From the NCBI GenBank assembly GCA_963697335.1, contig CAVONQ010000006.1, forward strand, positions 97,237-161,236: a stretch of DNA of 64,000 bases, written 5' to 3'. This DNA comes from an uncultured cyanobacterium. Its GTDB lineage: Bacteria > Cyanobacteriota > Cyanobacteriia > PCC-6307 > Cyanobiaceae. Below the pieces are notes generated by a model that was given only the letters and a program-made list of their open reading frames with translations, was not told the origin of the DNA and did not search any database. Below are positions 8,836-18,299 of the stretch, piece after piece (position 1 is the stretch's first letter; every line of letters starts with the position of its first letter). The translations under genes were made by a program, and so were the position numbers.

Positions 8836-10830
8836 TCAGGTTCTGGCGGTCAGGCGCAGCTGGTCGCGCAGTGGATCCACCAGCTGCACCTCCACCACCA
8901 GGGAGTCGCCCGGCTGGGCCCCCGGGGGACACTCCGCCGCCAGCTCCATCGCCAGCTCCTCGAGATGGAGCAGGCCCAGGCCGTCCTGGGGCCGGAGCCA
9001 GCGCAGGAAAACCGACTCCCACTGCTCGCTGCGATGGGCTTCGAACCACACCTGCTGCCAGTGGCGTTGATCGTCACGACTGATCTGGATGCCCTGGCGG
9101 ATCGGCGCCTCGATCGCCTGGAGCACCTCCTGCAGGGCCTCGGCATCGAGGGGGGGCTCCCCCTGCTGCTGGGCCCAGAGCTGGCGCTGCACCAGCAGAT
9201 CGCCATAGCGGCGGATCGGGGAGGTGGCCTGGGCGTAGGCGTCAAGGCCGAGGCTGAAGTGCGGGCTCGGCTGGGTGCCCGTGTGCCCGCGGCTGAGGCA
9301 GCGCTTGAGGGCGGCATGGCGCACCGGGCCAGCAGGGAGGGCCTTGAGCTCGGCGTCGGGCGGCAGCTCGGCTGGCAGCTGGCTGCGGTAGGGCAGGGCC
9401 AGCCCGTGCTCCTGCCCGTAGCCGGCCACCACGGCGCCGGCCAGGATCATGGCCTCGGCCACCAGCAGCCGGGACGGCCCGGGCTCGGTGATCTCCAGCT
9501 GGGGCTCGCCGTCAGACACCCGGATGCGGCCTTCCGGCTGGTCCATCAGCAGCGCCCCCCGGGCCAGCCTCCACTGGCGGCGCCGCTGCAGCAGGACATG
9601 CAGGTCGCTGAGGTCCGGGTCCTCCGGTGGCGCCAGCTCGATCAGCTCATCGGCGTCGGCATAGCTGAGCCGGTAGGCGGGCCGCACCCAGCTGCGCAGC
9701 AGGCGGGTGCTGGCCACGGCCCCCTCCTCGGTGAGCTCCACCCCCAGGCTCCAGGCAGCATTGCGGCAGCCGGCCCGCAGGCTGAGGGGCCCGGTGGCCA
9801 GGGCCGTGGGGAACATCGGCAGGGTGCCGCTGGCCAGGTAGAGGCTGCTGCCGCGGCGCCGGGCTTCCAGGTCCAGCGGTGACCCCGGGGCCACCAGCCG
9901 ACCCGGGTCTGCCACATGGATCCACAGGCGCAGGCCGCCCTCCGGCCGGCGTTCCAGGGCGAGGCCGTCGTCGATGTCCCGGGTGTCGGGGTCGTCGATG
10001 GTCACGCAGTGCTGGTGGGTGAGGTCCAGGCGCTGCTCATCGCCGGGCCGGGGCTCGGCGGCCTGGGCGATCAACCGCTCGGCTTCTGCCTCCAGCGCAG
10101 CGCTGAAACCCTGCTGCCAGCTGCTGGTCTGCAGGGAGGGCAGGCGGTGGCGGTCCCAGTGGCCCAGGTCCACCAGCAGATGGCGAATGCCGCCGCCATC
10201 GGCGCTGCAGCGCGCCGTGTGCAGGGCCCGGGCCAGCTCCACAGGCAGCGGGGTGTCCTGCTCGCCGCTGGCCCAGGCCAGCAGCAGATCGAGTTCAGCC
10301 TGGTGCTCCGGCGCCAGCTCCTGGCGCTGGATCGGAGTCCGCCGCCGCAGGGCGTCATGCCACTGGGCCTGGCGCTGCTGCTGCCGGGCCAGGCGATGGC
10401 GCTCCTGCCGCAGGCGGCGCAGATCGTCGAAGGGACGGGCACTGATGCCCTGCTGGCGGCTGCGGAACCAGAGCTGGGGGCCCTGGAGCCACTGCCAGCA
10501 GGCGGCCATCACCGGGGGATCACTGCTGGAGGCCACCAGTTCGGCCCAGTCGTGGAAGGTCCAGAGGCCCTGGTCTTCGCTGAGCAGCAGCCAGGCGGCG
10601 GCGAAATCGCGGGGGCGAGGCAGGCTCTGCGCCACCTCGGCCTCGCTGAAGCCCCAGGGGGCAACCCCCAGCCGTGGCGGCGCTGAGGCAGCACCGGTGA
10701 GGGGAAGGATCAACTCCACCTGGCGGCGGGGGAGCTGCTGCTGGCGGTGGTGGAAGCCCACGCTGAGCTCCAGCCTGGATCCCTGCGCCTGGAGCACCAC
10801 GGCGAGGTGAGCACCCCGCTCGTCGCTCAC
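8836..10830 (-). CDS. rnb: Ribonuclease II/R family exoribonuclease
   Basis: TIDDPDTRDIDD, HVADP, TSPIRRYGDL. Confidence 0.9.
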   Translation of the reverse strand: MSDERGAHLAVVLQAQGSRLELSVGFHHRQQQLPRRQVELILPLTGAASAPPRLGVAPWGFSEAEVAQSLPRPRDFAAAWLLLSEDQGLWTFHDWAELVASSSDPPVMAACWQWLQGPQLWFRSRQQGISARPFDDLRRLRQERHRLARQQQRQAQWHDALRRRTPIQRQELAPEHQAELDLLLAWASGEQDTPLPVELARALHTARCSADGGGIRHLLVDLGHWDRHRLPSLQTSSWQQGFSAALEAEAERLIAQAAEPRPGDEQRLDLTHQHCVTIDDPDTRDIDDGLALERRPEGGLRLWIHVADPGRLVAPGSPLDLEARRRGSSLYLASGTLPMFPTALATGPLSLRAGCRNAAWSLGVELTEEGAVASTRLLRSWVRPAYRLSYADADELIELAPPEDPDLSDLHVLLQRRRQWRLARGALLMDQPEGRIRVSDGEPQLEITEPGPSRLLVAEAMILAGAVVAGYGQEHGLALPYRSQLPAELPPDAELKALPAGPVRHAALKRCLSRGHTGTQPSPHFSLGLDAYAQATSPIRRYGDLLVQRQLWAQQQGEPPLDAEALQEVLQAIEAPIRQGIQISRDDQRHWQQVWFEAHRSEQWESVFLRWLRPQDGLGLLHLEELAMELAAECPPGAQPGDSLVVEVQLVDPLRDQLRLTART

Positions 10831-10876
10831 ACCGACCAGATCGCCGGGATGGAGTGCAGCCTGGGCCAGGGGATGC

Positions 10877-11098
10877 TCAGCCTTCGGGGTTCACGAACGG
10901 CAGCAGGGCCACAATCCGGGCCCGCTTGACGGCGTTGGTGAGGTCGCGCTGCTGCTTGGCGGTGAGTCCGGTCAGACGGCGGGGAAGAATCTTGCCGCGC
11001 TCGGTGATGAACTTCTTGAGCAGATCGACGTCTTTGTAGTCGATCGGATCGCCGGGCTTGATCGGCGATAGACGCTTCTTGAAAAAGGAACTGGCCAT
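10877..11098 (-). CDS. rpsR: 30S ribosomal protein S18
   Basis: [26 protein letters not shown]. Confidence 0.98.
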   Translation of the reverse strand: MASSFFKKRLSPIKPGDPIDYKDVDLLKKFITERGKILPRRLTGLTAKQQRDLTNAVKRARIVALLPFVNPEG

Positions 11099-11184
11099 GG
11101 GGGAGAACGAAGGGAGAGGTTGAAGAAGACAGGCAATGCCGTTGCGTCACCAGGCCACGACCAGCGCAGCTCAGGTGGTCGGGC

Positions 11185-11379
11185 TCACTTGATTTCCTTG
11201 TGAACCGTCGACTTGTTGCAATGGGGGCAGAACTTCTTCAGCTCCATGCGTTCAGTGGTGTTGCGGCGGTTTTTCTCCGTGGTGTAACGGGAAACACCAG
11301 GAGACCGCTTGGCGGGGTTGGACCGGCATTCGGTGCACTCAAGAGTGATCACGATCCGGACGCCCTTGTTCTTAGCCAT
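11185..11379 (-). CDS. rpmG: 50S ribosomal protein L33
   Basis: [18 protein letters not shown]...KKFCPHC. Confidence 0.98.
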   Translation of the reverse strand: MAKNKGVRIVITLECTECRSNPAKRSPGVSRYTTEKNRRNTTERMELKKFCPHCNKSTVHKEIK

Positions 11380-11532
11380 GAAGGACGTTGCGCCGCGTGT
11401 GCGATGCGAAAGGGACAATGATGGAGTTTACCTCCCCGCCTCACTCCCTTCCACCGGCCTTCCGGCGGCCAAGCGGGGACAGCCACCCGTGGCTCCCTAG
11501 GATCCGCCCCTGGCTGACAGGGGATGGGCACC

Positions 11533-13980
11533 ATGCGGGTATCGCTCCAGTGGCTGAAGGAGCTGGTCCGCATCCCGGAGTCCGGCCGATTCACCTGGCC
11601 TGCGCCTGAGGCCTTGGCAGAGAGGCTCTCTGTGGCCGGCTTCGAGGTGGAGGCGATCGAGAACCTCTCCGAGCGCGCTGCGGGCGTGGTGGTGGGCCAC
11701 GTGAAGGCGCGCGATCCCCATCCCGACGCCGACAAGCTGAGTGTGTGCCAGGTGGACGTGGGCGCCGCCGAGCCGCTGCAGATCGTCTGTGGTGCGCCCA
11801 ACGTGCGTGCGGGCATCCATGTGCCGGTGGCCCTGGTGGGTACCACGTTGCCGGCGGTGAACCTCACGATCAAACCGGCCGAGCTGCGCGGCGTGGCCAG
11901 TAGCGGCATGATCTGCTCCCTCAGTGAGCTGGGGCTCGAGGGCAGTTCGGGCGGCATTGCCGTGCTCGAGGAGCTGGTGGGTGAGGTGCCGGCGGTGGGC
12001 ATGCCGGTGGGTCCGTGCCTGGGTCTCGACGATGTCGTGCTCGAGCTGGCGATCACCGCCAACCGCCCTGACGGGCTGGCCATGCAGGGCATGGCCCGGG
12101 AGGTGGCGGCGCTGCTGGGACTCCAGACCTGCCTGAAGGAGCCCCCCCAGGCCTGCGCTCCCGAGTCCCTGCCGGTGAGTGCTGCCAGCCGGCAGGTGAT
12201 GGAGCGCGGCGGATTGTTCAGTCTCACGGCCCTCACGGGCCTGCAGGTGGCGGACTCGCCAGCGTGGCTGCAGCGCCGCCTGCACAGGGCCGGCATCCGG
12301 CCGATCAACAACGTGGTGGACATCACCAATCTGGTGATGCTGGAAACGGGCCAGCCCCTGCACGCTTTCGACCGCGACCGCCTGGCGGGGCTCAGCGGCG
12401 GCCAACCCGATCCGGCCCTGCTGGGCCTGCGCCAGGCCATGGATCAGGAGCCTTTCACAGCCCTGGATGGAGAGGGCCGCCAGCTCAGCGGCGAGGCCCT
12501 GGTGGTGACCTACGCCGACCAGCCGATCGCCCTGGCCGGCCTGATGGGCGGCGCCGCCGAAGCCGTGGCGGCGGACACGAGCGCCATCTGGCTGGAGGCC
12601 GCCGTGTTTGCCGCCCAGGACGTGCGCCGCTCAGCCCGCAGTGTGGGCCTGCGCAGTGAAGCCAGCAGCCGCTTCGAGAAGGGCCTGCCCCAGGAGGCCA
12701 CCCTGGCCGCCAGCGACCGGGCCTGTCAGTTGTTGCAGGAGCTCTGCGGCGCCCGGGTCGAGCAGCGCTGGCTGCAGCAGCGGCCCCTGAGCCCGGCGGC
12801 GCCTCTGCGGCTGCGCCGCGATGCCCTGCACAACCTGCTGGGCCCGGTGCTCGTGGAGGGGCAGCCCCAGGATCTGGACGACAACCGCATCGAGGCGACC
12901 CTCGCGGCCCTGGGCTGCACCCTGGAGCGCGACGACGAGGGCTGGACCGTGCAGGTGCCCCCCTCCCGGGCAATCGATCTGCAGCGGGAGGTGGACCTGA
13001 TCGAGGAGGTGGCGCGCCTGGTGGGCTACGACCAGTTCGCCAGCCACCTGCCCGACCCGATCGAGCCGGGCGGGCTCGAGCCGCCCCAGCAGGCGGAGCG
13101 GCGGCTGCGCCGCGCCCTCTGTGGGGCCGGCCTGCAGGAGCTGTGCAGCTTTTCCCTGGTGGCGGAGGCAAAGGGCCGCCTGCCGCTGGCCAACCCGTTG
13201 CTGGCCGACTACGGCCATCTGCGCGACAGCCTGCACGGAGAACTGCTGGCGGCGGCGCTGCGCAACCTCCAGAGTGCCCAACAGGGCTTCTGGGGCTTCG
13301 AGATCGGCGCCGTGTTCGCGGCAGGCGGCAATCAGCGCCAGCTGCTGGCCGGGGTGATCTGCGGGGAGCGCCGCTCGGAGCGCTGGACCAGCAGCGGCAA
13401 GCCCTGCCCTCCCGATTACTTCCGCGCCCGCGGGATCCTGCAACAGGGGCTCGCAGCCCTGGGCCTCAGCACCGAAGACCGCCCCCTCACGGACGAGCCC
13501 CTGCTGCACCCGGGCCGGGCTGCCCAGATCGTGCTGGAGGGCCGCCCGGCGGGCTGGTTCGGCCAGCTCCATCCCGCCGAGGCCGATCGGCTGGGCTTGC
13601 CCCAGGGCTGCCATCTGTTCCAGCTGGAGCTGGCCCCCCTACTCGCCGCCGCCACCCGCGCCAACCGCTGGCAGCCGGCGTTCCGACCCTTTGCCACGGT
13701 GCCGGCGGCGGAGCGGGACCTCGCCCTGGTGATGCCGGTGACCACCCGGGCGGCGGCGCTGCTGCAGGTGATCCGCAAGGCGGGCAAGCCTCTGCTGGAG
13801 CAGGTGGAACTGGTGGACCGCTATGAGGGCAGCCAGGTGGGGGCGGACCAGTGCAGCCAGGCCTTCCGGCTGCGCTACCGGGAGGCCGGCCGCACCCTCA
13901 CCGATGCCGAAGTGGAGAAGGCCCATGCCAAGATCCGCCAAGCCTTGGAAACCCAGCTCGGGGCCCAGCTGCGCAGCTGA
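11533..13980 (+). CDS. pheT: Phenylalanine--tRNA ligase beta subunit
   Basis: MRVSLQWL, HPDADKL, IVCGAPNV, ANRPD, RFEKG, DLIEEVAR. Confidence 0.97.
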   Translation: MRVSLQWLKELVRIPESGRFTWPAPEALAERLSVAGFEVEAIENLSERAAGVVVGHVKARDPHPDADKLSVCQVDVGAAEPLQIVCGAPNVRAGIHVPVALVGTTLPAVNLTIKPAELRGVASSGMICSLSELGLEGSSGGIAVLEELVGEVPAVGMPVGPCLGLDDVVLELAITANRPDGLAMQGMAREVAALLGLQTCLKEPPQACAPESLPVSAASRQVMERGGLFSLTALTGLQVADSPAWLQRRLHRAGIRPINNVVDITNLVMLETGQPLHAFDRDRLAGLSGGQPDPALLGLRQAMDQEPFTALDGEGRQLSGEALVVTYADQPIALAGLMGGAAEAVAADTSAIWLEAAVFAAQDVRRSARSVGLRSEASSRFEKGLPQEATLAASDRACQLLQELCGARVEQRWLQQRPLSPAAPLRLRRDALHNLLGPVLVEGQPQDLDDNRIEATLAALGCTLERDDEGWTVQVPPSRAIDLQREVDLIEEVARLVGYDQFASHLPDPIEPGGLEPPQQAERRLRRALCGAGLQELCSFSLVAEAKGRLPLANPLLADYGHLRDSLHGELLAAALRNLQSAQQGFWGFEIGAVFAAGGNQRQLLAGVICGERRSERWTSSGKPCPPDYFRARGILQQGLAALGLSTEDRPLTDEPLLHPGRAAQIVLEGRPAGWFGQLHPAEADRLGLPQGCHLFQLELAPLLAAATRANRWQPAFRPFATVPAAERDLALVMPVTTRAAALLQVIRKAGKPLLEQVELVDRYEGSQVGADQCSQAFRLRYREAGRTLTDAEVEKAHAKIRQALETQLGAQLRS

Positions 13981-13997
13981 GCTGCCAGCCCGAGCCC

Positions 13998-15362
13998 TCA
14001 GCCCTGGGCTGGTTCGGCATCGGACCGGCGCAACACGGCCAGGGTTTCCACGTGGCTCGTCTGGGGAAAGAAATCCAGTGGCTGCAGCTGATCAAGGGCA
14101 TAGACCTTGCCCTCCAGCAGCAGCGCCAGATCCCGAGCCAGGGTGGCCGGGTCGCAGCTGAGATACAGGAGCGTGGCGGGGGGCCGGCTGCGCAGTGCCT
14201 CCAGCACCGCCGGCTCCAGACCCTTGCGGGGAGGATCGAGAAACACCGCCTGGCAGCGCTCCAGCCAGGCGGGCAGCAGCTCAGCCACCGCCCCGGCCTC
14301 AAAGCTCGCCACGGCCTCCAGGCCGTTGGCCGCCGCATTTTGCTCAGCCAGCCGCACCGCCTCGGGATTGCGCTCCAGCCCATGGACGCGCCAGCCGGAG
14401 CGCGCCAATGGCAGGCCGAAGGTACCGATGCCGCAGTAGGCGTCGATCAGCAGGCCTGGTGGTTGGCTGGCCAGGGCGTTTTGCAGCAGGGGCACCACCC
14501 GTTCGGCCTGGGGGGTGTTCACCTGAAAGAAGGTGTCGGAGGCGATGCGCAGCTCCAGGCCGGCAAAACGCTCGACCAGCCAGCTGCGGCCCGCCACCAG
14601 TTCCGTGGTGGGGCCCAGCAGGGTGTTGGTGGGGAGGGGCTGCAGGTTGAGCGTCACGCCCACCAGCTGCGGCCAGCGGTTCAGCCAGCGGTCGGCCCAG
14701 CGGGGCAGCTGATCCAGCTCCAAGTGGCTGCTCACCAGGGTGAGCAGCAGCTCTCCGGTGTGGTGCCCCAGTCGCAGGGCCAGATGGCGCAGGCCGCCAC
14801 CGGTCTCCAGCTCCCGGTCCACCGGCCAGCCGGCGTCGGCGAGATCGGCCTTGAGCGGGGCGATCAGGGCATCGAGCCGCGGATCGAGCACCGGGCAGTG
14901 GTTCATGTTCACGATCCGGTGGGTGCCGCGGCGGTAGTAGCCCGCCCGCACCAGACCATCATCTCGGCGTTCCAGCGGAATGATCGCCCGGTTGCGGTAG
15001 CCCAGGTTGGCCATCGCGGCCAGGGCTGGAGCCACGCTGATCTGCAGCCCCCCCAGGCGTTCCAGGGCCTGCTGAACGCGGCTGCCCTTCCAGGCCAGCT
15101 CCGCCCCATCCTCCAGGTGTTGCAGGCTGCAGCCCCCACAGCGCTGGGCCAGGATGCACGGGGGCTGGCGGCGTTCGGGGGAGGGTTCGATCACGCCCAC
15201 CAGATCGGCGATCCAGTGGCGCTTGGCCCGATGCACCAGTTGCACAGCCACCACCTCGCCGGGCAGGGCACCAGGCACAAAACAGGCCATGCCATCCACC
15301 CGGCCCACGCCCTGGCCGTCATGGGTGAGACCATCCACCCGGAGATCCACCCTTTGGCCCAT
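13998..15362 (-). CDS. rlmD: 23S rRNA (uracil(1939)-C5)-methyltransferase
   Basis: TRAM domain, C..CGGC FeS motif, FFQVN, DAYCGIG, DPPRKG, SCDPATLARD. Confidence 0.93.
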   Translation of the reverse strand: MGQRVDLRVDGLTHDGQGVGRVDGMACFVPGALPGEVVAVQLVHRAKRHWIADLVGVIEPSPERRQPPCILAQRCGGCSLQHLEDGAELAWKGSRVQQALERLGGLQISVAPALAAMANLGYRNRAIIPLERRDDGLVRAGYYRRGTHRIVNMNHCPVLDPRLDALIAPLKADLADAGWPVDRELETGGGLRHLALRLGHHTGELLLTLVSSHLELDQLPRWADRWLNRWPQLVGVTLNLQPLPTNTLLGPTTELVAGRSWLVERFAGLELRIASDTFFQVNTPQAERVVPLLQNALASQPPGLLIDAYCGIGTFGLPLARSGWRVHGLERNPEAVRLAEQNAAANGLEAVASFEAGAVAELLPAWLERCQAVFLDPPRKGLEPAVLEALRSRPPATLLYLSCDPATLARDLALLLEGKVYALDQLQPLDFFPQTSHVETLAVLRRSDAEPAQG

Positions 15363-15481
15363 CGTTGCGCTCGTGATCAGGCCTCGACCCTAGGTCGTGC
15401 AAAGGGGCGTTACACCTTGAGTCCTGATGCCGGCTGGGCGCGCTGGAGTCGATAGAGTGGCGCTTGCATCTGGTCGCTGCA

Positions 15482-15976
15482 ATGAGCGTCGTTCGGGATC
15501 TGATCCTTCAGGCAGACGACCAGCTTCGCTATCCAAGCGGCGGCGAGCTGCGCTCCATGGTGGACTACCTCAGCGGCGGCGCCCGGCGCCTGGCTGTGGT
15601 GCGCTCCCTCACCGACAACGAAAAGAAGATCGTCGACGAAGCCGCCAAGCAACTGTTCGGCCGCAAGCCCGAGTATGTGGCCCCCGGCGGCAATGCCTAC
15701 GGCCAGAAGCAGCGGGCCCAGTGCCTGCGCGATTACAGCTGGTATCTGCGGCTGGTCACCTACGGGGTGCTGGCCGGCAGCACCGAACTGATCCAGCAGA
15801 TCGGCCTGGTGGGAGCCCGCGAGATGTACAACAGCCTCGGCGTGCCCATGCCGGGCATGGTCGAGGCGATGCGCACGATGAAGGATGCCGCCCTCTCCCT
15901 GCTCTCCACCGACCAGGCCGATCTGGCCGGTCCCTACTTCGACTACCTGATCCAGGGGATGCAGACCCCCACCTGA
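15482..15976 (+). CDS. apcD: Allophycocyanin subunit alpha-B
   Basis: MSVVRDLILQADDQLRYPS, CLRDYSWYLRLVTYG, REMYNSLGVP. Confidence 0.93.
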   Translation: MSVVRDLILQADDQLRYPSGGELRSMVDYLSGGARRLAVVRSLTDNEKKIVDEAAKQLFGRKPEYVAPGGNAYGQKQRAQCLRDYSWYLRLVTYGVLAGSTELIQQIGLVGAREMYNSLGVPMPGMVEAMRTMKDAALSLLSTDQADLAGPYFDYLIQGMQTPT

Positions 15977-16017
15977 AGCTTCCCGCCTCAGGCTCTCAGG
16001 AGGTCACCGTCTCCCTT

Positions 16018-16057
16018 GCCCCACGCCCTGCAGCGCCCTGCAAGACGTGGGGTTTTT
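16018..16057 (+). terminator. Intrinsic terminator after apcD
   Basis: CCCCACG(16019-25)/CGTGGGG(16046-52) stem with inner TGCAG/CTGCA pairing, followed by TTTTT. Confidence 0.65.
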
Positions 16058-16416
16058 GCTCGCTGGTGCTGGCTGCCCTTGCCTGCTGAGCCCCTGGGAC
16101 GAGCGAAAATGATCCAGAAGGTCTCAGCTTGGTCTCGCTACAGGTCCCTTCTTGAGTCTCATCAGCGAGAGCCGAGTCTCGCCCAGGCGCGCTCGGGCTC
16201 CGTCCCGCCGGGCGGTTTCGGGAGCCAGCGAGTAGGGGAGCACTGGCAGCCCGGGCGGCCTCAAGCTTGCGGCCAGGCCAGGGAATCCCTGGGCGCATTG
16301 CGTTCATCAGTCTCAGCAATCCCGTTTGGGTCTGGAGACAGGTCTAACTAGCAGCCCCAGATGAGACTTGCTTGACGACACAGGGGCCTGGTGACGACAA
16401 GCACCGCCAGCGGTCT

Positions 16417-16445
16417 TGCGTACCTGCATTTGACACAGGTACGCA
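16417..16445. repeat. Perfect 10-9-10 inverted repeat TGCGTACCTG-catttgaca-CAGGTACGCA
   Basis: Read directly from the sequence. Confidence 0.85.
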
Positions 16446-17072
16446 GATGAACTGTCTTCAGTGCTACCAGTCTTTTTGAATGGCGCAGTCGGCTCTTGGA
16501 CACAGTGCCAGGCTGTCTCTGGACATGGCATGCGGCAGGTTTGATGCCTTTCTCCTGCATGGCGCCGACTCCCAGCACAGCCCACCAGGTCTCACGGGAG
16601 TTGGCGGCAAGCAATTCGAAGCAGAACGACGACTGACTCTTGAAAGCGAGGAGCTCAATCAAGGCTGGATTCTCCAGGCTCGGTACCCCGGATGCCGCAG
16701 GTGAAAACACTGAAAAACCATGGTCCCGGATTTCTCTCTCGGGTCCCATGCTGTGGCCAGTTTATGGTCCCGCCCGAGACAAGCGAGAACGTCGCAAGGC
16801 GCCCGAGCTGCTCCCCCGTTCCATTCGCGGGGTGGGCACACCCAATCAGGCGCAACTGCGGCTGCCGCCATGACGATCGCGAGGACGGACCATCTGGACA
16901 GGCGCCCTGTCCCTGCGCCAATGGAGTCCATGGCCTAAGTCGAGATCGCGGAGCGAAACACAAGGCTCGGCAGTCTCGACTTGGTCGCATTAACAGACTC
17001 GATCTGTGGCGCAGTCGCGCCATGTGAGACGGTGCTTGCGTTGCCCGCCCTCGCCAGTGCCGGGCGTGGGGA

Positions 17073-18275
17073 TCAGCGCGTGCGGTAGAGCTCCTTGAGC
17101 AGCTGGTAGGCCTCGTTGAGGCGACGCATCAGATCATCCGATCCTCCTGCGTCCGGATGGTGGGCCAGGGCCATCTCGCGGTAGGCCTCGCGGATCTGGG
17201 GCAAGGTGAGTCGTTCGCCGGGATCCGTGGGCAGCTCCAGCAACTTCAGGGCCCCCAGCAGGGTCATGGTGTGCTCCAGGCTCTGGAACGAGGTGCCGCT
17301 GCGGCGCTGGCGGAAACGGTGCACAAACCGACGGATCAACGTGGGGATGCGGAGCTCGAGGGTGGCACTGCTGAAGGGGTCTTCCAGCACACCGGCCATC
17401 ACCATCACCTTGGCGAAGCTGGCTGGTCCCTCAGGCCAGGACGGAGCCACCAGGCGCATCACCTCCTGGCCAAGCGACCAGGTGAACAGACGCCCCTCGC
17501 TCTGGTCACTCTGGGGCCAGATGTCCTGGGCGATCCAGAGCATCGCGGCCTCGAGCACCGGCGCCTGGGCGGGCTGGGCATAGAGCTCCTGCCAGTGCTG
17601 ATCCGCCCTGGATAAGGCCAGGCTGAGGCGTTCAGCCGACACCTGGGGCATCGGCTCCAGGCGGGTGGGGAGCTCCCTGGTCTGGGGGTCGAGGCTTCGG
17701 CGCAGTTGGTCACTGCGGCGTTGCACGAATCCCGGCAGGTCGATGCCGCGCTTGGCCGGGCGGGAGCCTGGGCTGCTGGACTCAGGGCCAACCCCCTCCT
17801 CTGGGGAGGACTGACTCTGGCCTGACAGCTCCGAGAGGGGATCCACGAGCAGCTCTCCCGGTCGGTTACCGGCCAGCAGCACAAGGGACCCGCATTCGTC
17901 GAAATCGCCGTTCTGCTCCGGCAATGGCGAAGAGGATCCAGCCTCTGCAGATGGCGGCTTGGACAGCCCCGGGTGGTGACCTGCCTGGGAAGGCTGCTCC
18001 AGCGGAGCTGGATCGATGGCTGACTGGCGGCCGGAGCGAACCTCTGGCGGTACGGCGTCCGCCCCAAGCTCAAGCTGATGCGGCTCCAGGGATGGGGAGC
18101 CAAGGGGATCGACCTGCTCGCCCTCAGGACCGAGCAGGTGGTGCAGAAGGCGCTCCACCACCGCGCCGCGGCTGCGGCAGCCGAGTTCTGCTTTGAGCAC
18201 GTCAATGCGACTCACCAGCTCGGCTGAGAGCCGCAGGCTGACCTGCTTGAAGTCCCTGGGGTCGTCGTCAGCCAT
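17073..18275 (-). CDS. Ribbon-helix-helix (CopG-like) protein with C-terminal DnaJ J-domain
   Basis: N-term QVSLRLSAELVSRIDVLKAELGCRSRGAVVERLL (RHH); C-term IREAYREMALAHHPDAGGSDDLMRRLNEAY (J-domain, HPD). Confidence 0.85.
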   Translation of the reverse strand: MADDDPRDFKQVSLRLSAELVSRIDVLKAELGCRSRGAVVERLLHHLLGPEGEQVDPLGSPSLEPHQLELGADAVPPEVRSGRQSAIDPAPLEQPSQAGHHPGLSKPPSAEAGSSSPLPEQNGDFDECGSLVLLAGNRPGELLVDPLSELSGQSQSSPEEGVGPESSSPGSRPAKRGIDLPGFVQRRSDQLRRSLDPQTRELPTRLEPMPQVSAERLSLALSRADQHWQELYAQPAQAPVLEAAMLWIAQDIWPQSDQSEGRLFTWSLGQEVMRLVAPSWPEGPASFAKVMVMAGVLEDPFSSATLELRIPTLIRRFVHRFRQRRSGTSFQSLEHTMTLLGALKLLELPTDPGERLTLPQIREAYREMALAHHPDAGGSDDLMRRLNEAYQLLKELYRTR

Positions 18276-18299
18276 GGCGCCCCGAGCCCAGGAGCCAGC

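Larger units (their letters stand above)
16009..17030. repeat. Dispersed GTCTC/GAGAC motif cluster in a non-coding segment
   Basis: 13 copies counted by eye: GTCTC at 16009, 16121, 16132, 16156, 16176, 16310, 16515, 16589, 16973; GAGAC at 16335, 16363, 16776, 17026; plus several GTCCC/GTCGC variants. Confidence 0.7.

Noticed and set aside
16800..16880. ATGGAACGGGG on the minus strand resembling a glutamine-II (Downstream-peptide) riboswitch
   Set aside because: The 5' CGTTCA partner is imperfect, the spacing is wrong and no gifB/DUF4278-like ORF follows
15996..17027. Short ORFs in the intergenic gap
   Set aside because: Mutually overlapping, atypical codon use, no recognisable motifs
16009..17030. 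CRISPR array or iteron-type long direct repeats
   Set aside because: The repeated unit is only ~5-9 bp with irregular spacing, and there are no cas or rep genes
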